A DNA stretch of 16,084 nucleotides from Candidatus Heimdallarchaeota archaeon (GTDB lineage: Archaea; Asgardarchaeota; Heimdallarchaeia; Heimdallarchaeales; Heimdallarchaeaceae): positions 1 through 16,084 of the forward strand of contig DXJF01000008.1 of the NCBI GenBank assembly GCA_019057375.1, given 5' to 3'. This document shows, piece after piece, positions 7,979 through 14,564 of this stretch; position 1 is the first letter of the stretch, and each line of letters opens with the position of its first letter. The translations under genes and the position numbers were made by a program. Below the pieces are notes generated by a model, which worked only from the letters and a program-made list of their open reading frames with translations, ran no database searches and was not told the DNA's origin.

Positions 7979-8926
7979 ATGATGGCTAGAAGTTCAAAGA
8001 TATTGTCATTTGATAAGAGAGGTATTCCGTTAGTTGTAATAGGTTTACCTCAAGCAGGTAAAACTTCTTTAGTCAGGCGTATCAAAACTGGAGAGTTTCT
8101 AGAAACTAAACCAACCCTTGGAATGCAATATGAGACAGTAGAGGTAGGAGATGCTCGATTCGATCTTTTTGATCTGGGAGGGCATGTTAGCTACAGACAA
8201 ACAATTTGGGAAACATATACGAAATTGGCTTATGGGGTGATTTTCATTATCGATTCAACTGACACTGACCAATTTGATCTAGCTAAAGAAGAATTCTGGA
8301 AAAGCATCAATCTCAAAGAATCTGCTGATGAATTTACTATTCTGTTCTTATGTAATAAATCAGATTTAGAAGAAAGCGTTAATCTTGAAACAATCATCAA
8401 TCATCTTGAACTCTTTAAACTTGCTGAAAAAGAAAATGCTTCCTACCAGTTTTTCAAAACCTCCATGAAAACCGGAGAAAATGTAGATAATGCTCTTCAA
8501 TGGCTTGCAAATAATGCTGCCAAAGTTGTCGCTAAAAGAAGTATAGATCCTCATATGTTCATGCTAGCAGACGTAGAAGGTTTTCCCATTTTAGAAATCG
8601 ATAAAATGGGTTTAGAAGAAGACCCATCATTATTAGCAGGCTTTTTGTCTGCAATCGAGAGTTTCAGTCAACGAATTTTTGGTAAAACAGGAGTTCTACA
8701 ATATCTACAATCTGGTGGTTATAAATATATCATTAAAACAGAGAACGAGTATATTTATTCTTTAATCATTCGTGATACGGATAGTCAAGAGGAAGCTAGA
8801 AGATTACTGGACCTTATTAGTGAGCAAGTTCAAGACATGTCCGATTTTGCCATTCTAGAAAGTATTGTTACTCAGATTCTCAAAATCGATCCTTCTGAGT
8901 ACGTAATGAGAAAAGGTTTTACTTGA
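7979..8926 (+). CDS. Arf/Sar1-like small GTPase fused to a C-terminal longin-like domain (315 aa)
   Basis: G1 GLPQAGKTS, G2 KPTLG, G3 DLGGH followed by RQTIWETY, G4 NKSD, G5 TSMK. C-terminal ~120 aa (from ~8549) shows a beta-beta-alpha-beta-beta-beta-alpha-alpha pattern with DPSLLAGFLSAIESFS. ATG 7979/7982 preferred over TTG 7919. Confidence 0.88.
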   Translation: MMARSSKILSFDKRGIPLVVIGLPQAGKTSLVRRIKTGEFLETKPTLGMQYETVEVGDARFDLFDLGGHVSYRQTIWETYTKLAYGVIFIIDSTDTDQFDLAKEEFWKSINLKESADEFTILFLCNKSDLEESVNLETIINHLELFKLAEKENASYQFFKTSMKTGENVDNALQWLANNAAKVVAKRSIDPHMFMLADVEGFPILEIDKMGLEEDPSLLAGFLSAIESFSQRIFGKTGVLQYLQSGGYKYIIKTENEYIYSLIIRDTDSQEEARRLLDLISEQVQDMSDFAILESIVTQILKIDPSEYVMRKGFT

Positions 8927-8978
8927 AGTCAAAAGGGAAAAATTAAAAATTGACGAATTAACTCTCTTCTTGAAAACG

Positions 8979-10349
8979 ATGGTACAACACTTCTTTTATC
9001 CAAAAACCATTGCAATTGTTGGAGCTACAGCTGATCCAAAGAAATTTGGTAACGCTGTTACTGTTAATCTCGTTAATAATGAAGGTTTGAAGAGTGAATT
9101 ATTCCCTATCAATCCTAAATCAGAGGAGATATTAGGCTTACAGAGCTATTCTTCAGTTCTGGATGTTCCAAAAGACATCGATTTAGCCATAATTCTTGTT
9201 CCTTCAAAAGCTGTTCCTATAGTCGTTGATCAATGCATTGAGAAGAAAGTCAAAAGAATCATTATTGTCTCAGCTGGTTTTGGAGAAATCAATGAGGAAG
9301 GAAAAAAAATTCAAGAAGAAATGGCGAGGAAAGCAACTACAGCAGGTGTTAGGATTATCGGTCCCAATTGTGTTGGGATCATGAATGTCGACATCGGCAT
9401 GAATGCTTCCTTTGTAATAACACCCCCTCAAGGCAATGTTAGTATGGCCACTCAATCAGGAAGTTTTGGTGCAGCGTGTCTTTATGAGATGGAATGGCAA
9501 GGAATAGGTTTTTCAAAATTTGCTAATCTCGGAAACATGACTGATATCAATTTGACAGATTTAATCAAATACTTCAAAGATGATAAAGCAACTCAAGTTG
9601 TTTGTATCTATTTGGAAAATGTTGTGGATGGAAGGAAATTTTATGAGACTCTTAAGGAAATAACTCAAGTCAAACCAACAATTATTCTGAAAGGCGGGAG
9701 AACTTCAGCAGGAGCTAAGGCTGCTTCAAGTCATACTGGCTCTATAGCAACAGATTATAGTTCCCTTAAAGCAGCAATAAAACAAGCTGGAGCTACTCTC
9801 TGTGAAAGTATGAATGATTACGTAACTGCTATCAAAGCGTTTTCCTATTCTCCTCTTCCAGTTGGTAATCGTGTAGGGTTGTTTACAAATAGTGGTGGAA
9901 GTGCCGTACTCTTCAGTGACAACTTAGATGAATTCGGTTTGGAATTAGCTGAATTTAGTGCTGAATTCAATGAAAAGATTAATCCCTTTGTTATACCTCT
10001 TGTAAAGAAAGTTAATCCTTTAGATATGATAGCAGGAGCGAGAGGAGAAGAATTCTATCAAGTAGCTAAAGCTATGTTTGAAGATCCTAATATTGACATC
10101 GTTATCCCATGTGCAGTAGTTCCCACATTCTTAGAGATGCAACCTGATGAACATTATAAAGGTGTAATTCGTGCTTGGAACGACACAGATAGAAAGAAAC
10201 CTATCTTACCAATTTTCATGAGTGGGAAGCTAATGGAACCAGTAAAGAAAATTGCAGCAGAAGAAAATGCACCAATTTTTATGTCTCCAAAAGAAGCAGC
10301 ATTCGCAGCTAAAGTGTTAATAGACAGAATGAAAAAATTTCAGAAGTAA
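8979..10349 (+). CDS. acdA: Acetate/acyl-CoA ligase (ADP-forming), alpha subunit
   Basis: FFYPKTIAIVGA CoA-binding start, RIIGPNCVG, ATQSGSFG, KGGRT, ASSHTG (phospho-His) and TNSGG. No ATP-grasp beta domain, so this is a stand-alone alpha subunit. Start ATG 8979 or TTG 8970. Confidence 0.9.
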   Translation: MVQHFFYPKTIAIVGATADPKKFGNAVTVNLVNNEGLKSELFPINPKSEEILGLQSYSSVLDVPKDIDLAIILVPSKAVPIVVDQCIEKKVKRIIIVSAGFGEINEEGKKIQEEMARKATTAGVRIIGPNCVGIMNVDIGMNASFVITPPQGNVSMATQSGSFGAACLYEMEWQGIGFSKFANLGNMTDINLTDLIKYFKDDKATQVVCIYLENVVDGRKFYETLKEITQVKPTIILKGGRTSAGAKAASSHTGSIATDYSSLKAAIKQAGATLCESMNDYVTAIKAFSYSPLPVGNRVGLFTNSGGSAVLFSDNLDEFGLELAEFSAEFNEKINPFVIPLVKKVNPLDMIAGARGEEFYQVAKAMFEDPNIDIVIPCAVVPTFLEMQPDEHYKGVIRAWNDTDRKKPILPIFMSGKLMEPVKKIAAEENAPIFMSPKEAAFAAKVLIDRMKKFQK

Positions 10350-10585
10350 GATTCAAGGATTAATTCCTTTACCTTCTCGGCATCCTCAGTATATTTGGGG
10401 TTGAGTTCTTTTCTTTTTTCCATAAAAGAATCTAAATCTTTTTCTCCCTTAATATATCCTCGCTCAATGAGTTTCAGTGTAGAAAGTAAAAGAGTTATGC
10501 TAACTCTATCCTTTAGGCACTTGTGAATTAAAGGAATAGACTTCTCAAAAACTCTGTTGTTTCGAATATTGTCGGGAGTAACCAT
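10340..10585 (-). CDS. Hypothetical small helical protein (81 aa)
   Basis: ATG start, protein-like composition, fills the gap after the membrane-protein cluster; overlaps the acdA 3' end by 10 nt. Confidence 0.65.
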   Translation of the reverse strand: MVTPDNIRNNRVFEKSIPLIHKCLKDRVSITLLLSTLKLIERGYIKGEKDLDSFMEKRKELNPKYTEDAEKVKELILESYF

Positions 10586-10686
10586 TATGCAACAATTGAG
10601 ATATAATTATTTAAAGATGTGTCAGACTGCTTAAATACCGCTTCTAAACTAAAAACAAGGTATTTTTCTAATCCTACAACCTAAGA

Positions 10687-10878
10687 TTAAGGAAGACTAC
10701 TATTTTTGTTTCCTCTTCTTTTGTCAAGTATACGAAAACCTATAATGTAAAACACTGCAAATGTGCAAGCAAAGAGAAAAGCTATTATTCCCCATACAAA
10801 AGTGGGCCAATCTCCATAAGCTTTTTCAATTGCTAGAAAAGCGAAAGTTAGAGATATTGTAATAATTATGGTTCCCAA
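10687..10878 (-). CDS. Small 2-TM membrane protein (63 aa from TTG; possibly 81 aa from CTG 10932)
   Basis: Two hydrophobic helices and a basic tail (DKRRGNK). The frame stays open upstream to a CTG overlapping the end of the previous gene. Confidence 0.7.
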   Translation of the reverse strand: MGTIIITISLTFAFLAIEKAYGDWPTFVWGIIAFLFACTFAVFYIIGFRILDKRRGNKNSSLP

Positions 10879-10924
10879 TGTGGCATAAGATGAAAGGATT
10901 AAAACATCTCTCTTAGCTTCTTTA

Positions 10925-11212
10925 TTACTCAGTCTTAACTACCTCTGCCTCTGGTTCTTCTTCACCCTCTAGTCTTTCGCCAAACTTTAATTGGTCACCT
11001 AATGGCTTAGAGATCAGCTTTGGCTTTCGTAAATTAAGAATTGTTTTCACACCTATAAATGAAATGCCTAAATCAAAAAGAACAGCTACAATCCAAAAGG
11101 TAATATTGTTTGTATAAGCTGCTAGAATAAGTATCATGATAACCATTACTAAAAGCAAAAAGCTGAGTGTGGGGACGAGTAAAGGATGTTGTTGAGGTTT
11201 TACTTTAAGCAT
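10925..11212 (-). CDS. Small 2-TM membrane protein (95 aa)
   Basis: Two hydrophobic segments followed by a basic, then acidic tail; 9 nt downstream of the previous gene. Confidence 0.75.
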   Translation of the reverse strand: MLKVKPQQHPLLVPTLSFLLLVMVIMILILAAYTNNITFWIVAVLFDLGISFIGVKTILNLRKPKLISKPLGDQLKFGERLEGEEEPEAEVVKTE

Positions 11213-11221
11213 AATAATCAG

Positions 11222-11542
11222 CTATTTTGGTTCAGAGGTTTCCATAGATTGGGTTTTCTTTAATTCTTGTATTTCCATTTTCTCTTTATGCATTATTAAG
11301 GATATCAATTTGACACTAATATAAGTTAAAATGATGAAGAAGAGCCAACCAAAAAGAATCCATAGAGAGTATTTTCCTAATTCGTTCCACTTACCCATAA
11401 AGCTAATCAAAGCAACAAAAATGAGAATATTTCCTAATAGAAGAACAATGCTAATCAAGATAATCTTTCCTACTAGGGATTGTTTTCTAAACTTAATCAT
11501 ATCTGTCCATGATTTTTCCGACTTTTTTTTAGAAGAACTCAT
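11222..11542 (-). CDS. Small 2-TM membrane protein (106 aa)
   Basis: Lys-rich N-terminus, two TM helices and a charged tail; CTTATAA TATA-like box about 30 nt upstream. Confidence 0.78.
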   Translation of the reverse strand: MSSSKKKSEKSWTDMIKFRKQSLVGKIILISIVLLLGNILIFVALISFMGKWNELGKYSLWILFGWLFFIILTYISVKLISLIMHKEKMEIQELKKTQSMETSEPK

Positions 11543-11653
11543 TGAGATAATTCTACAAATGTTCAGATGGTTATAAGTTTTTGTAGATGATTGGTCAACA
11601 AATCAGTTATTATTTTAGATTCCAAATAAAGGAAAAAAAGGTTGAACTTAGGT

Positions 11654-12673
11654 TCAACCATGTAACTTCTCTAGAAGCTTGAGTAAGATCATCTGTTTTT
11701 CTAAAGGTAAAGAATCCTTGGAATGAGCTCTAATTGACAGAGCTTCTAATGCTTTAAATATCCAATCCAATTCTGAACGTACTAGACTATACGCTTCCAT
11801 GGCAGTGAGCCCTGGAAGTTGAGTAGCTATGTCTTGGAAATATTGAGAGGCTAGACCACCGTACACTATTCCATCATCTAGATTAGCAATAATCAGACTG
11901 TGGGAGGGGATCAAACCTCTAAAGTCGTTTGTACCTATGATATCGTATCCTTTTTCATAATTGTGTGACCATAACTTAACTTTGAGCAGTTTAGTTGGTG
12001 ACAGAAAACGTAGCGACTGTACCATTGCTTCAACAACATTCCTATTTCCTGCCACAACCACAGGAATGCCAATAACTAAACCGTACAGAATTTTATCTAA
12101 TCCTTCAGGTAATAGTCGTCCAATTACTTCAAATGAGAGGAAATCTATTTTTCCTTCTAAAGCGCCATCTTTTGCAACGTTCTTCAGTTTAATTAATGAA
12201 TCATAATCTGTTAAATCAGTTTTTTCGAAAATAGTAATCATATTACGTTGAATGTTAGATAGATATTCAGCTAAACAAGATTTGATTCTTTCACCTATTT
12301 CATTTTCATAACGTAAAGCTTCATAAGCATGGAACTCGTGTTTGATTTGAACACTCTTAAACTCAGCTAGTAAAAGGGGTAATATGTTGCCATTGAATGG
12401 GGATTCAATGTCAGCTAAGATGGAAGCGACAAGATCGTTCTCATAATAAAAATAGAGTATTTTACCCTCATATTCTATTTCTCGAGGGAAAGAACAGACA
12501 ACTTCGGAAGATAGAGCGATAATAGCGCTAATGAGTCCTGTGACTAATGCATTATCATGAATTACACTATCTGGTAGGGAATCGTACTGATATAGTAACT
12601 CCCCATTTTTTGTTGTGATAAGGATCTTCACATCTGTCACTCTACTTACTGAATTATATGCAATCACTAACAC
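11654..12673 (-). CDS. Longin + DENN-like (folliculin-like) protein
   Basis: N-terminal longin pattern (KILITTKNGELLY..DNALVTGLISAIIALSSEV..REIEYEGKILYFYYENDLVASILAD). C-terminal LDKILYGLVIGIPVVVAG..VEAMVQSLRFLSP..WSHNYEKGYDIIGT resembles the cDENN core. Start uncertain (GTG 12673, 12640 or 12631). Confidence 0.7.
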   Translation of the reverse strand: MLVIAYNSVSRVTDVKILITTKNGELLYQYDSLPDSVIHDNALVTGLISAIIALSSEVVCSFPREIEYEGKILYFYYENDLVASILADIESPFNGNILPLLLAEFKSVQIKHEFHAYEALRYENEIGERIKSCLAEYLSNIQRNMITIFEKTDLTDYDSLIKLKNVAKDGALEGKIDFLSFEVIGRLLPEGLDKILYGLVIGIPVVVAGNRNVVEAMVQSLRFLSPTKLLKVKLWSHNYEKGYDIIGTNDFRGLIPSHSLIIANLDDGIVYGGLASQYFQDIATQLPGLTAMEAYSLVRSELDWIFKALEALSIRAHSKDSLPLEKQMILLKLLEKLHG

Positions 12674-12852
12674 GCCATGTAAATAACTGCACTCCGTCTG
12701 CCTTTTATTTATTAATAATACGTAGATATTAACCCCAAATAACTACAAGTATACATTAAGAGTTTTTTTCTTTTAAATCGTTTGGAAAAGGTAAGTAGTA
12801 GAAAATGATTAAAATTGCGACATAAATCATATAGCTTAAATAAAGTGGTGTT

Positions 12853-13206
12853 TTACCACCACCACCAAAAAATTCCAAAGAATATTGCAAAGAAAATAGC
12901 AGGCAATACTAGGAAGAAGATAATTAGTATCGCTTTGACAGCTGGGGACATTCCTCCGCTTTTTTTGGGGGGGTAAGGATATTGAGTTCCTGGTACTGCA
13001 TCATAACTTCCTGACATACTTGAACCCTGTTGGCTTTGGTGTTGAGGTTGATATTGTTGATAAGGTCCAGATTGAGACTGTACAGGTTGATAAGGCTGAT
13101 TCTGAGGAGGTCCATCAGGGGCACTAATTTGCTGACCACAATTTTCACAAAATCTGTTAGAGGAAACATTTTTAGCACCGCAATATTGGCAGAACATCGA
13201 ACTCAT
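12853..13206 (-). CDS. Zinc-ribbon + Pro/Gln-rich linker + single C-terminal TM (tail-anchored-like) protein
   Basis: FCQYCGAKNVSSNRFCENCG, then a P/Q/S/Y/G low-complexity linker, PPKK, a TM helix, and WWWW-stop. Confidence 0.82.
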   Translation of the reverse strand: MSSMFCQYCGAKNVSSNRFCENCGQQISAPDGPPQNQPYQPVQSQSGPYQQYQPQHQSQQGSSMSGSYDAVPGTQYPYPPKKSGGMSPAVKAILIIFFLVLPAIFFAIFFGIFWWWW

Positions 13207-13278
13207 TTTTCTATCTAAATTCTATTGCATAAACAATTATTTAAAATCATCCTTTTGGATAAACGGAAAAAAATGAGC

Positions 13279-13328
13279 ATTCTTCATTATTCCGCGAAAA
13301 TTGCATGGCAAAAGTGGAATAAAAGAAT
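13279..13328. promoter_or_regulatory. Imperfect inverted repeat / hairpin in a divergent intergenic region
   Basis: ATTCTT..TTATTCCGC pairs with GTGGAATAA..AAGAAT, enclosing an inner TTGC-ATG-GCAA hairpin. Confidence 0.35.
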
Positions 13329-13477
13329 ATTTCGTTTCGTTTTTCTTACAGAAGTTTTCCAGGGGTCTTTTAAATAAGAAAATTCGCAAGTAAAATTTTT
13401 TAAGGAAATTATCCTCTTTCAAAACTATATTTTTTTAAAAGGTTGGTTTTCTTTATTTTTGGAGTTAAGATTTTCCC

Positions 13478-14563
13478 ATGAACTGGTTTGTTATTACTAG
13501 TACAAAATGCAATCTCAGATGTCGGTATTGTATGAATGAACCCCATCCCGATCTGCCAATCCAACCAGCTTGGAAAACCCAAGATTTAGTTGATTTTCTT
13601 TCTCAAGATAAATCACCTACTATTTGTTTCTATGGAGGGGAACCTCTTCTAGAGATAAAAATAATTCAAGAAATTATGGATCAAATAGATGCAGAACACT
13701 ATTCATTACAAACAAACGGTTTGCTCTTAAACAAACTTCCAACCGAATACTTAACTCGTTTTTCTACGATTCTCGTATCTATTGATGGTAACGAAGAAAC
13801 AACTGATGTCAATAGAGGAAAAGGAACCTATAAGAAATTGTTAACCAACATCAAGGATATTCGTTCAAGAGGTTTTACAGGAGATTTAGTAGCTAGAATG
13901 GCAATATCAGAAACCTCTGAAATCTACAAAGATGTTGTTTATTTGATCGAAAACACAGAATTGACTTTTGATCATGTTCACTGGCAGTTAGATGTCGAAT
14001 GGGATCATGGAATAGAAACAAGATGGGATAATTTTCCTGAATGGATGCTGAAGTATAATGAGGGAATTTCTCATTTAACAGATTATTGGCGTGCTAATTT
14101 GGATAGAGGAAAAATCAAAGGCATGGTTCCCTTTTTAGTTATTTATAGACATATCCTAAACGATACATCAACAGATTTACCTTGTGAAGCAGGGTTGAGA
14201 AGTTTCGCAATTAGAACAGATGGCAAAATAACTTTTTGTCCACTTCCACCTGAATACGAGTTCTCTGTTGTTGGAGATATAAAGAAAAATAATCCAAAAG
14301 AGCTAGAGAATGCTATTGGAGTAGGTAAAACCTGTCTAGAATGCGAGGTTTACTCTCTTTGTGGTGGAAGATGCCTTTTTGCAGAAAAAACTAAACTCTG
14401 GGGTGAAAAAGGGTTTGATTTAGTTTGTGGAACTGTTAAACACTTAATAGAAGAGCTCCAATTTATCAAACCGAGAGTCGATACTCTAATTCAGAAAGGA
14501 ATTGTAAAACGAGAAGATTTCGACTATCCAGAGTACAACAATACAACTGAAATAATACCTTGA
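13478..14563 (+). CDS. Radical SAM/SPASM protein, probably AF0577 (TIGR04084) family
   Basis: CNLRCRYC (CxxxCxxC), FYGGEP, LQTNG, VSIDG, SPASM cysteines PCEAG..FCP and CLEC..CGGRC, and terminal NNTTEIIP, which I recall as typical of this family. Confidence 0.87.
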   Translation: MNWFVITSTKCNLRCRYCMNEPHPDLPIQPAWKTQDLVDFLSQDKSPTICFYGGEPLLEIKIIQEIMDQIDAEHYSLQTNGLLLNKLPTEYLTRFSTILVSIDGNEETTDVNRGKGTYKKLLTNIKDIRSRGFTGDLVARMAISETSEIYKDVVYLIENTELTFDHVHWQLDVEWDHGIETRWDNFPEWMLKYNEGISHLTDYWRANLDRGKIKGMVPFLVIYRHILNDTSTDLPCEAGLRSFAIRTDGKITFCPLPPEYEFSVVGDIKKNNPKELENAIGVGKTCLECEVYSLCGGRCLFAEKTKLWGEKGFDLVCGTVKHLIEELQFIKPRVDTLIQKGIVKREDFDYPEYNNTTEIIP

Positions 14564-14564
14564 T

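Noticed and set aside
8366-9455. - strand ORFs 8366-8554 and 9270-9455
   Set aside because: Antisense shadows of the GTPase gene and acdA.
11331-12206. + strand ORFs 11331-11576 and 11961-12206
   Set aside because: Antisense to better-supported minus-strand genes.
12924-13422. ORFs 12924-13178 (-), 13030-13218 (+) and 13237-13422 (-)
   Set aside because: The first two are alternate-frame or antisense shadows of the low-complexity zinc-ribbon gene. The third is K/F/N-rich AT intergenic noise. I considered it as a radical SAM precursor peptide, but it has no leader/core pattern.
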